Assembly: GCA_963693365.1 (NCBI GenBank)
Contig: CAVNZM010000001.1
Location: forward strand, 12,488,161 to 12,552,160
Length of the DNA stretch: 64,000 nt
Reading direction: 5' to 3'
Source: Amoebidium appalachense
Lineage: Eukaryota; Protista; Ichthyosporea
This document shows, piece by piece, positions 12,725 to 64,000 of the stretch. The notes under the pieces were generated by a model. The model was not told where the DNA came from. It ran no database searches and was given only the letters and a program-made list of their open reading frames with translations. Every line of letters starts with the position of its first letter. The first letter of the stretch is position 1. The position numbers and the translations under genes were made by a program.

Positions 12725-14939
12725 GTTGGCTACTGTAGGGGAGTTACAAGATTAGCCATTAACTGAGTAGAAGAGTGGCTATAGTTACCAGGCAGCTCTA
12801 TGTGGTTACTTCATTCATAAGTTAATCTGTGATAATAACAAGGTTTGATTGAAAGCGCAAGCTGTGAAGTGTGACAACCGAGGAGAGGCTCGTATACGTT
12901 TCTCTATAACTGTGAATCTCAGAGATCTCTTTCCCGCAGTGTCGTCCGGCACAAAACAGAAGAATCCAGTTGAACTTCTCAGGGGCAAAGAAGAATTTAT
13001 CTTGTGTGATTCTGGGCCTGCTGTGAGACTGTCATTACAAAGCAAGGCGAGATCTAGAGGGAACGACAGGAAAAGGGAAAGCAAAACAGAGGCGTCTCAC
13101 TTTAGATAGATAACAGCACAGGTCTGTTCAGGTAGAGTCGATGGCTTCTCTTGTCCGGGAAAAAGATCTCGAGCGACAGTTGTTTGGTCTTCCGCGCGGG
13201 CGCATGAATCCAAACACCGACAGATGTGGAGGGGGGAAAAAGAAAAAGCAAGCTGAAGTTCAGAGATTGCGTGCTGAGAAGCAAAAAAATTAAAAAAAAA
13301 CAGGGAAAAAATTGCAGTCTGCCGGTTTTTACCACGTGGATCTTGCGTACATATGAGCTTCTGAATGCTGATTGGCTGCTCCTTGGAGCCCCACGGTAGG
13401 CACATATTAGTAATGATTTGTATCCAATTGGAAAGCGCTGAACCGGCGGTCCACCATCATCGCATGGTCGCCGCGTGTTTATGCCAGAAGCTTCTGATGA
13501 CATAATCATCTTAGGACCATTCACTACACGTCAAGGCCATCAGTAAATAATAAATAAATAATAATGTTTAGAATAGATACAGAAAGGGACAGAGACAATG
13601 GAGGCCTAAGATTTTCTGACTTACACAATGATTACGGTGTCAGCTGACGACTGAGATCTGAACTTGAACTTGGTCGCTAAGAATATTAAGTATCCAATCA
13701 ACAGTTGGTGCCGTGCGGGTGGATCACCGGAACTTGGAAGTCTTGGTGCATTCCTCTCATGAACTGACCAATCATCGAAGGGTCAATGGAAAACACAGTC
13801 ACCCTATACCTGTTTAAAAAGATGTTTATTTTGCAGGGCGCCCTGGGCGCCCGTGATCGAGCACAGCAGGTAGCAACCTGTCACATATGTATGTTGTCCG
13901 ATATTTGTCTAAACATCTTAAAAAGATTTTGAAATGCAATACTTCAATCCTTTTTCATTTCTACCGAATACAGGTTAACGTTATCATCTCTACAGCTGAC
14001 GTTGGACAGGTTGGCTCCCCAACTCTACGTATTTTTGAAAAGTTTTGAGATAAGACTAAAGTAGACTAACAGAAGTCTTGGCCCTATTGTTAAAACGGCT
14101 TCCAGGAGTAAAATATACAAAGAAGGAGTTATACGACATTCTCATAACGTAATATCATTTAAACGAATGTAACGATTCTATAACAGCAAGAATTGCATCG
14201 GTTAGTTGAGATGAGAAAATATCCGAATTTAAATGCAAACGAGATATTATTTTCATGTGATAGCTGCGCATAAAATTTGATCGCTGAATCTATTACGTAT
14301 ACACACAACGGGCGTGCGGGGTGCCGGACGCGTCGACGTCGTTGTGTTGTTGTTGCAGTGGGTTGAACATCCAGCAAGACTTGTCTCATTCTCATTCGGT
14401 TCAACAACACATGCGTGGAGGCTTGTAAAACCCTTTATCACTGCATCACCAGAGGTGTATATACCCACGTGTAGCTTGTGGCCGTTCTGGAAATTGCGTA
14501 AGCCATGCATGCACACACGCGATGAGCTCCGTGTGTATACGGTGCAGTAACGTACGCAAATTTGCCAACCGACATGTTTTACAGTCACTAAAGATTAAAC
14601 CCTCAATGCAACATACATACATGAGCCTTGGGCGCAGTGTTTAGGGTTCACTGCTCAATACGTCCCCTGCTTTTTTACGAAACTGTTGGCTGTGGTTGGG
14701 TGAAAGCGACTCTGGTTCGATCGATCAATAACATCAACTCCGTGTATCATATAAATTTACAAGTATACTATGATGACGTTCAATCCTTGCATTCGGTGAC
14801 TGCATTCGGTGACACGAGGTCTCGTAGTATCTAGTGCTGCTCTCAAATTGTTTTCAAAGGCAACACGACATCATTTACTGTTTTCCAACTAGACTTTATA
14901 CCGTTTCCTTTGCGGTAACCGTTGCACGTTACTGGAAAG

Positions 14940-14980
<41 letters not shown>

Positions 14981-15601
14981 ACAAAAAAAAAAAAAAAAAA
15001 GAAAAAAGAAAAAGCCACCACTGCCTTCCCTTTCCTGTACTCATTCTCGTTTGATTTTGCGTTGTTTTGAATGAAAGACGGAGGTTCGCAAAGGGTTCCT
15101 GCAACTTGCACGGGTGGGCGGCCCAGGCTACCCCAGCGGATAGGGGGGGGGGGGGGGAGGGGGGGGGGGATACATATCCAGTAAACACACTCAACTTAGC
15201 CCAAATATTGTACGTTATGCTTCGCATACATAAGTCATATGAGTCGGAAGCACACAGTGCTATCCAACAAAGCTTGTAAATTTTAGGAGCTTGTTGTAAT
15301 TAATAGGCACATGTACATGTGCAGCGAATAACAGTCTTATGGATTGAACACGATTTGGTGGTATTTTGACGTGGTAAGCCATTCATGATCCACCAGTGTA
15401 TGTACACATTGTCCTTGCACGTCTGCCCAAGTTCAACAAAAAATATATAAATAAAAAAATCAAAAATATAGAACTCAGCAACTTGAACAGGATGTCTGTA
15501 ACTCACGGAATAGATTCACCGGTTTCCATTCGCAAGGGAGATAAATAAAACAAACTCAAGGGAAGGGGTGGGTGGGGTGGGTGGTGTGTGCGTGTGTGTC
15601 A

Positions 15602-15650
<49 letters not shown>

Positions 15651-15738
15651 GTGGTGGTGGTGGTGGTGGGGGGGGGGGGGGGGGGGGGGGGGGAAGGAAA
15701 GGGGGGGGGAGGGGGGGGGGGGGGAAGAGGCCCGGCAC

Positions 15739-28921
<13,183 letters not shown>

Positions 28922-29411
28922 CCGTTTCCCTAGAGGTATTTATTGCGTCTGTATTCCTCTTTCTGGCACTCATTTTCGGCGACTTTCCCCTCACCCCTCC
29001 CTAGAAACTCCAACGCATAAAGCCAGTGTCCCAGCAGTTCCCCAGCGCTCACATTACTGTCCTCTGCGTTACAACTCCTGGACATGTCCTAGTACACACA
29101 ACCACAATTCTCTAAACATGTTGCTCCTCACAGCAAAACCGCCGTTTCTCCGTGTTACTGCGGTTCATCGGCCGTCTCCACCTGCCGTCATTACAAAAAA
29201 GAAAATGGAAAATATCATTGTGACTCCCTAGACTGCTTTTGGCTGAAAGCCTTGTTGATTGGACCTGTGTGCATCAAAAACCCGCCATTCATGATAATGA
29301 ACCAATATATTTAGTTGGATTATTTATTGTCGCAAACCACGACAGTGTCCCTTGGCAAGTCGTTTCCTTCATCCGTTAGCGCCTTTTCCTCCCAGTTGTG
29401 TGTTTGTGTCT

Positions 29412-29637
<226 letters not shown>

Positions 29638-29960
29638 GTGTGTGTGTGCGCGCGTATACGTACTTGTTCTTCTTGCACAAAGCAATCTTCGTATACTTCT
29701 ATCTTTATTCATTTATGTCCAGATCTTGCATCTCTTCGCCATTGCTGATTATGTGTGCGTGGCGGGGTGAGGGGGCGGAGGTACTGGGGGGGGGAGGGGG
29801 GGGAGGGGGGGGGGGCGCAGAGGGGGGGGGGGGGCGGGGGGTAAGCGGTGTTAAAACTTAAAGTTGCAGTCACCATGGAGGAGTGGCACTGATATGCACG
29901 CCGAGGGGTGAGGTGCAGGCGAAGGGGGCGGAGGGAGGGGCTCGGGAGGCTGGGGGAGAG

Positions 29961-30160
29961 GGGATATATGAGATCCGCGGATCTGCAACAGTCAATTTTA
30001 TGTAGGCTTCAAGGGACCTTCCCTTCCCGTAATGCAAGGTGCACAGTATTTTTACACGCACACCCGTACCTTCAACGGAGAACAAACTGGAAACCTACAT
30101 ACTGGGGGATAGAATAGTGGAAAGCCTTCATTGTTTAACAATTTAAATCTAAAACACATC
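29961..30160 (+). pseudogene. Possible decayed GIY-YIG endonuclease fragment (Penelope-like)
   Basis: With frameshifts it reads GIYEIR / ICNSQFYVG / SRDL.../ DRIVESLH / NNLN, resembling the GIY-x-YIG..R..H..E..N layout. Several frameshifts are required. Confidence 0.35.
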
Positions 30161-30954
30161 GTGAAGATCGAGTTGGGAAGAAACAGTCTTCCTACTGTAA
30201 CAATTGTATACACCTCAGAAGTCGATAACGAACATGTAAGTGTGCATTTCTCGAGGAGTTCTTTATTTGGCCACTGGAGATGCATGAACGTCTCAAAACG
30301 GCAATCCGCCCAAATATAGACAAATTTTAAAGCCAAATCATTGAGACCATGACATCCTCGTCACATTGGCATTGCCAAGGCCGGTAAGTCCTTTCAGTTA
30401 GTGAAATCTCTACAAGAGTTTTGTATTATCACTAACACAACAGCGTAAAAAGAGAGAATATACCGTAATGGGATTAATAAATTGGTGGCTGTATGACGTG
30501 TACGATGATGGGGAGGGCGGAGGGCGGAGGAGGAAGGAGGGGAGGGAAGGGGAAGGTGGTGGTGGTGGGGAGGGGGGGGGAAGGTCATGAGGCACGTGCT
30601 TACACATTCTCTGAAGTTGGCCATCAATTATTTTTATGTTGCTACCAATCGCATGGCACAGCCAGTGTGCCATTATTGATGCCACCAGGGCATGCTATTA
30701 ATGGAGAAGGGTGGCATAATGTCTCAGGCCTTTGCACGCCTACTTTTCACAGCCTACAGTTAATACTGTGCCTCCCCCCTACCCCCTCTCCCCCTCTCCC
30801 CCCCCCCTCCCCCCTCCCCCCCCCCCCCCCCTTTAAATTTTGTGGGGGCTGTCGAAAGAAGTGCCACACGTAGCCACATTCGCCTCTCCCAAATCTTTTC
30901 GAAATGCTAAAAACGAAAGACCGTTCATGGGGAAAGACTCCCCCCCGCTCCCCC

Positions 30955-30985
<31 letters not shown>

Positions 30986-31106
30986 AAAAGAAAAGAAAAA
31001 GAAAAAAAGAAAGAAAGAAAGAAAGGGGGAAAAAAGGGGGGGGGGGGGGTGGAAACCCACCCACCCACCCACCCACCCTTTCCACCACCACCATTAAAGC
31101 TATCTT

Positions 31107-39584
<8,478 letters not shown>

Positions 39585-41426
39585 TTCTGCACGCACGTAG
39601 CCTACTATAGCACTAAGTCATACACGAACTTACGAAGTTTATTTACTACTAACATCATCGGAACGCAGGGCAATTGTTTCAAGCAGCAGAAGGGCGGGGA
39701 GAGAGTGGAATTTGGAAAAGTGCCGCGGTTTGCGCAACTGCGGGCTGGACTGCCTGGGCAGTATGGATCTCCATAAACTTTCACTGAAAATCGGGTGCCA
39801 GCAAAATGCAGAATAATTTTTTTTTCTTTTTTCTTTTGACTCGGTTTTATTGATCCGTTGATCTATTTTGCTGAGCATATCAATAAAGTCTTTATAAAAA
39901 TAAAAAACATTCGGAGCCGGTATGAGATATTTGTTTGGTCTACGGAGACAGGAGACGTCTTAGTCGCATATGATTGGTTCGGCGTGCACCGTTGTGAGCC
40001 ACTCCCGAACCTCATGAGTCCTGAAGTTGAAGGTGGGCACAGCTTGCGGGCTGGCACCAGCCTCGCTCCTCAGAGGAGTGGCCGCCGTGTTCTTTTTTTT
40101 TTTTTTTTTTTTTTTTTTGTCGTTTTATGGTTTAGCAAGTGTGCCAAATGTTTCTTTGACATGTGTAGCACGATCATGTATGACATATGTGTCTGTGCAC
40201 TTATCCATGGAAATTATATATTTATATTGTTGAGGTTGAGTTTTAATTTCCGTCGAATAAAAATTTCAAGGAAATCGAATGATCAGCCAGCTCTGCTCTA
40301 GCCTATTATGTAGCTAGTAGCTAGTATGTACTACTGAGCTGCGGAGCTCTCGAGCTCAACAAGCTGTCTGGGGTCAAATACACGTTCATGCTTCGTCAGA
40401 ACGTTCTACTGTACCACACCACTGTAACCCTGTTGTTTGCCTCTCGAGCTCTATAGCTATTCCTCAGAGTTTAAGGCACGGCTACCACTGTGCCCTGCCC
40501 CTCTATCTCCTCATAAAAAAGTTTCTTCAAATGCAAGTTGCACAGTAGTAGCTGTGTACTGCATAGCTGCGCTGGCGTCAGTCTCCATGTTAATATCTGG
40601 CATGGGCGGATGTGATCACTGTGACCTCAGACGTACTGCTGATGTGTGCCACTTCCACATTGGACCACGTTGGACAGTCAGTGCTAGCCCGCGCTCACAT
40701 GCACTTGACAATTTATCATGCTGTGTCCGACAACATAGCTGCCATGGCAGGACTTCAGTTTTGCCTTGGCCATCTGCCTAACCAAATAAGGCTCAGGTAG
40801 GCGAGTAAGGGTTGGTTGAGGATCTGGCCACAATCGTGGTACACGAGAATATATATAAAAGGCAGCACGTAAAAAAAAAAAAAAAAAATGTAACTTCACT
40901 TTGCCAAACTTCAAGCTTGTACTTTGTCTACGGATGAAGCTAGCGGAAGGTCAAAGTGTGCTAAGCCACTGTTGCTAAGGCTGACGCCTATATGGTGACT
41001 TATTTATCATCAACGTTAACCCACTCTACCATTGTGACATATATAAATTCTGCTGGTGTCCTTCTTTCTCTCTCTCCTAGGACATATTTTCTTGCACGGC
41101 TACGGCTGTGTCCTGGTACAGTCCTACCCCTCCGCTCGGTGACCACTTATGCTAAGAGTTTTTGTCTGTAGCTGCCTAGCTCAGCACACGTTAATGCTTC
41201 TTCTTATTTTCTGGCACAGCCACTACGACAGTACATTACGGTATATTCAAATATATCCGTGATGTTCAAATATATCCGTGTGCTGGCCATTCATGCTGAC
41301 TTAAATGGTACACACAAACTCGAATAGTTTGAGTTGGCTAATATTAATATTAACTGGAGTTTTCGGCCGTGAAACCGAGATATTCATTCATCAATTTCGA
41401 ACCCGTTTGTGCACATGTACAAAACA

Positions 41427-42676
41427 ATGGCCTACTCACACCTTCGCCCCGATGGCGACCAAGAGGACTCGGACAGTGACAACTCCTACTACGCACCAAT
41501 TTCCGAAAGGGAGTTGTTCCGTTTGGACCTTTCTCGCTTCACAGGATGGGGCCAAGGTACCATTTACTACGGCCTGTTCTGCTCATCGGAACAGCGTGCC
41601 TACATCGACCAGACCAACACATGCGCCCTTTCCTCAAAAAATACTTCACCCTGAAACACGTCAACTACACGAATATGCGCTCGGGCGTCTACCGTGGCAG
41701 ACGGGCATAGTTTTCGACCTGGATCATGAGGAGGTTTGGCTTGGAGTGGTGCAAGATATCGCGGACCACGGTTTAAGGCCTATACCGCAGTTTAATTGCA
41801 TTGTCGACTACTGGATGGTGGAGAACTACGGCGCCAAGTACGGCGCATCTGTGTTTTCTACTTACCTCACAGCTCTCGCCACGGAGTTGCAGAAACTCGC
41901 AAACTGAAAAGAGAAGTCCCACGCCAACGTCGCGGCTGAATGTATCATGCAAGGGTTAAAACGGGTTGGAGACGACAACTTGGCAAACGTCGCTGGTATG
42001 TTTTTGGCGATTACGAACGAGTACAGAACGCGCGAACGCGTGACGGCGGCCCGCCAGCGTCTTAGCATTTTGTCAGGAAACAAGTCTCACCATGAGGAGG
42101 AAAACGGAAACTTCAAGTTCCGTGACACCGGTGGGGAACAACATGTGATGCCCTGTGTGTGCAACTGCACAAGTATTTGCATGTTCTCTTCACTGCGGCT
42201 ATGATTGACAACCCTGCAATGAAATGGGTACAATTTAAGCCAGTTCTCAAGAACAGCTTTCAAGACCAGCGTCCCACCATCCACCTTGCATTGGAGGACA
42301 TCAGTATTCAGTTGCCCAACGATCCGACCAACCACCAACCCATTGACGAAATTAAGATTTCATCCGAGGAAGTGCAACAAGTCATTATTGATTCAATCGT
42401 GGCTTTCTGTCAGAAAGTTCCCCCTCTTCTGCTCGCCGAGTTCAACAAAGCCACCAACCCGCCACCCACCGAGAATCGCGTCCACAACTTTCAAACAAAG
42501 GAAACGATGAAAACAGTAATTCCACGTACAGAGGGAGCAGGCGCGGTGGGGGCAGAAAATTCAGCCGTGGTGGCCCTACGCGTGGTGGACGCGGTGGCGG
42601 TAACCGTCGGCAGAGGCCTTATCGACAACAATCAGGTTATGCATATACTGCTGGGACAGGTGGAATTAGAATATGA
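41427..42676 (+). pseudogene. Decayed intronless ~410-codon ORF with RGG-rich C-terminus, probably a transposon gag/ORF1-like relic
   Basis: ORFs 41409-41654, 41305-41907, 41947-42204 and 42159-42686 chain into one protein via about 3 frameshifts and one in-frame TGA. It ends in RGSRRGGGRKFSRGGPTRGGRGGGNRRQRPY. It lies in a ~2.8-kb island nearly free of the microsatellites typical of host introns. Confidence 0.55.
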
Positions 42677-42934
42677 CGGCGGTTAAGAAAGAGGTGGAGG
42701 TGTGTGCGCGGGTTGATCAGGTAGAAACGGTGGTGGATTTGGCGGTTGTGGCGACTGTAGTGTACTTAAGGCGACGTTTGCAAAATATTTGGAGGGGTGG
42801 AGTGGTTTTATGCAATATTCCCTGGGCCTCGGGCTGTGTGCATGCATGCATGAAGGGCCAAGGGGTTAATTTTATAGGGAGACAAGACTGCCTAGCCTAC
42901 AACACCGTATCACGTCGCATGATTGTGTGTGCGC

Positions 42935-42965
<31 letters not shown>

Positions 42966-43260
42966 CGCGCGCGTGTGATGCGCGCGTCATGTGTGTTTTT
43001 CCATGTGTGTGTGTGTGTGCTTAGTCTCGGTAAACTGCACTGAAACCGAGTTAGGATTAAATGGGTTTGCCCAAAATCATAGAATTGGTTGGGGAATTTT
43101 GATATTTTACTATTGTCAGATGCAAAATTTATGTCTTGGAGATGCCATCAATGATTCATAATCAGTCATTACACGTGTGCGCATTCTTATATATACCGTG
43201 AGTGCAAATATGTGAGCAACAATAATCCTACATTTTTTTATTGTTTTATAAAAACCTTTT

Positions 43261-43380
43261 TTTGGCGCTCAGAAACTTCCCGCTCAAATTTAAATCTATG
43301 TATGGCCAATTGTGCGATCACGCGAAAATTGTTTGTCCATAGATAAATTTTTCGATTTTGCGATATTCCTACTTTTTTTT
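43261..43380 (-). repeat. Dispersed repeat family 2, copy 2
   Basis: Its reverse complement aligns to 6171-6266. The AAAAGTAGGAATATCG end also recurs at ~3866. Confidence 0.7.
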
Positions 43381-43570
43381 AAATATAAATTGTTTTATTG
43401 GGCAGCATGCACAATAAATAGAACAGGTTGCATTTCAAGTTTACACAAAACTCAAAACCAAAACCACAGCACGGCAATACGGTAGCCCATCACCTGGGGG
43501 CAGCACGGTCTTGAATAGACCCAATCTCCTGGGGACCACCAAAACGTCCGAACACTATATCTCACCAATG

Positions 43571-43645
<75 letters not shown>

Positions 43646-43683
43646 ATTACACATAAGAAGGGGGAGAGGGGGAGGGGAGGCCT

Positions 43684-43720
<37 letters not shown>

Positions 43721-43723
43721 GGT

Positions 43724-43835
43724 TTTGAATGCACCACAAGAGGACGAAGTACACTTCCACAACGGACAACACATTGTAGAGTGCACACCACACATAATGA
43801 GTATGCATAGTAGGCAGAGCCCAACCACAAGGGGA
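43724..43835 (-). mobile_element. Diverged copy of SINE-like family 1 (subfamily B)
   Basis: G-run + TTTGAATGC..ACGAAGTACAC..CGGACAACAC..AGAGTGCA..GGCAGAGCCCA. Confidence 0.65.
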
Positions 43836-44086
43836 TCATCCCACTCCGGGTGGGCGGGCAGACAGGGGGAGGGGAGGGGGGGGAGGGGGGATGATAACAC
43901 CCACATCTTCTCGCCGAACATCCACACCGTCATTTCGCATCTGCACTTTATTTTTAGAAATCCATAATGCCAAGCGTACAAATACTATGTGAAGTGCCTT
44001 TCAAACAATGTGGCGTAATGTAAAAAGGGTCCCACACACTACTGGATTAAATGGTTACATATCTCCTTTTTGTTTAAAAGAGTTAA

Positions 44087-44185
44087 GGCACCAACTAAAA
44101 CAGCATAAGCATCTAAAGAAAATACTGCAAATAAATATGGAATTCCTATATTTATGTCTGCTAATACCACTCTAGTTCCAAAAGG
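44087..44185 (-). pseudogene. nad1: NUMT: mitochondrial nad1 fragment
   Basis: AT-rich segment translating as PFGTRVVLADINIGIPYLFAVFSLDAYAVLVGA, matching the ND1 pattern PF..G.VLSD.NIG.LYLFA.SSL..Y....G. Codons are TTA/ATA/AGA-rich, unlike the host exons. Confidence 0.75.
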
Positions 44186-44289
44186 AAAAAATTCTGTATA
44201 TTTACGTATGTACATTGGCACCACCACTCACTCTAAGAACTTACTATTGCAAACACTTTACCATTTAGCACGTCCCGCCTGCCCATCCA

Positions 44290-44327
<38 letters not shown>

Positions 44328-44587
44328 ACACACACACACCAAAAAAAAAAAAAAGGTGTCGTCACAATCCACATACCACCCACACACACAGACGCACACA
44401 AACCATTGTTTCCTTCATGCCGTACAGTGTCAACACCCCCCTCAAGCAAACACACAAGCATGTTCCATTCGTTCAGATCATGTCCCTACATCACATCACC
44501 ACCACACTCCAACTTTCCTGCCTTCCAACCATGCACATCCAAACTAATTTTGTTTCTTTTAACTGTATCAAAATCAAATATCTATAA

Positions 44588-44895
44588 GGCAACTACTTGC
44601 CGCCCGTATTCACCATATATGGCAACTACTTGCCGCATATTTTTACCATATATGGCAACTACTTGCCGCATATTTTCACCATATTAGGCAACTACTTGCT
44701 GCCCGTAATCACCATATATGGCAACTACTTGTTGCCTGCCCGTAATCACCATATATGGCAACTACTTGCCGCATATTTCACCATATATGGCAACTACTTG
44801 CTGCATATTTCACCATATATGGCAACTACTTGCTGCCCATAATCACCATATATGGCAAGTGCTTGCTGCCCGTATTCACCACATATGGCAACTAA

Positions 44896-44915
<20 letters not shown>
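44588..44915. repeat. 33-bp minisatellite, 10 units (GGCAACTACTTGCCGCCCGTATTCACCATATAT), overlapping the RH-gene stop codon
   Basis: Directly visible tandem units, each with a GGCAA-CTAC-TTGC(C) palindrome. Confidence 0.92.
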
Positions 44916-62937
<18,022 letters not shown>

Positions 62938-62953
62938 CTGATGTGTCTCGTGA

Positions 62954-63000
<47 letters not shown>

Positions 63001-63001
<1 letters not shown>

Positions 63002-63518
63002 AGTCTCCTCTCGTTATAACCCCCCCCCCCGTGTAGCCGCCCCCCCCCCCCCCCCCCCCTTCCCCCTATAACGCCCCCCCCGGGTGTCACCGTCTGGCTT
63101 CTGTATTGATCCAATAGAAAACGGCTCACGATAAAGCGCCCCCCTCGTTAATACGTATAGTCGCTAGGCTCGCGTGGAACACCATCATATGAGCTTATAT
63201 GAAATTGCCATGCGATACAGCGCCCTCCCATCATCAGGGGGTCCCCAGACATGAATAGAGGGGTCGACTTCGGGGAAAATTGTACATGCACCAACAAGAA
63301 AATAACGTTTAAAGTCTCTAAAATAGTCGAAATGTCACTTAATTAAGTCCCATAACCAACAACAAACACAATAAGAAGAATGATGATTGAAGGGGGAAAA
63401 AAAAGGGTAGTGAGTACCGGGATTCGAACTTGGTCCCCCTACTCTATAGCGCCCCCTACGATATAACGCCACCCCCAGGGCTGTACTCAGGGGGGGGCGT
63501 TATAACGAGAGGAGACTG
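63001..63518. mobile_element. Tc1/mariner-superfamily (pogo/Tigger-like) MITE, 518 bp
   Basis: Perfect 20-bp TIRs CAGTCTCCTCTCGTTATAAC (63001-63020) / GTTATAACGAGAGGAGACTG (63499-63518), with TA on both flanks, subterminal TATAACGCC repeats and no transposase ORF. Confidence 0.88.
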
Positions 63519-63663
63519 TACATGTGCGCTTGCATGCCTAAGCGCGCACGTGCATGCGTGTCTGTTTCTGTATGTGTGTGTGTGTTGGGGACCCGGGGGA
63601 GGGGGGCAAAAGGAAAGAGCGGGAAGGGGTTGGGGTGGTGGTGGTGGTGGTGGTGGTGTGTGT

Positions 63664-63721
<58 letters not shown>

Positions 63722-64000
63722 GACAAGACGAAGCTACACACTATTGCACTAAACCGATTGTAGTAATGACTCATGTCAAATGATAATAGTAGGAACATTA
63801 GTAATGGCACACCATAGATATAATGACCAACGACCACCCCCCAGGAGGGGAGGGGGGGGGGGAGGGGGCGGGGAGAGGGGGGGGGGGGGGGGGGGGGGGC
63901 TGCTATATTAAGTCACAGGCCACAAGTGTCCTAATCAGGCATTTGGTTATCATGCTCACATCTTAACGTGTTGGGTCCTTAGGGAAATTTGTAAGGGTTC

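Noticed and set aside
13540-14900. Possible additional gene between SDC and PIG-B
   Set aside because: No coherent exon chain or recognisable protein motif was found.
63411-63438. tRNA T-loop/B-box-like GTTCGAATCCCGG on the minus strand inside the MITE
   Set aside because: No cloverleaf, D-arm or A-box could be built, so it is at most a fragment.

Overview
Eukaryotic nuclear DNA from an intron-rich, microsatellite- and homopolymer-saturated genome. The taxon cannot be fixed from sequence alone; a unicellular eukaryote such as a non-animal opisthokont is a guess. Most listed ORFs are translations of simple repeats. By hand-splicing at GT..AG boundaries I reconstructed five in-frame genes: a + strand PH/PTB-like protein, then four head-to-tail minus-strand genes encoding a plant-type serine decarboxylase, GPI mannosyltransferase PIG-B, a tail-anchored LRR protein, and a 5'-partial Rubicon-homology (DEF8/PLEKHM1/RUBCN-like) protein. 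The non-genic content includes: a ~260-bp structured SINE-like family with about 10 co-oriented copies, nine anchored at a poly-G/poly-C tract; a pogo/Tigger-like MITE; a decayed intronless RGG-tailed ORF; a possible GIY-YIG relic; a nad1 NUMT; and several minisatellites. One minisatellite supplies a gene's stop codon and another has a 9-mer higher-order structure. The most unusual signals are the G-tract-anchored retroposon family and the roughly one quarter of 3' splice sites that have (CA)n instead of a polypyrimidine tract.
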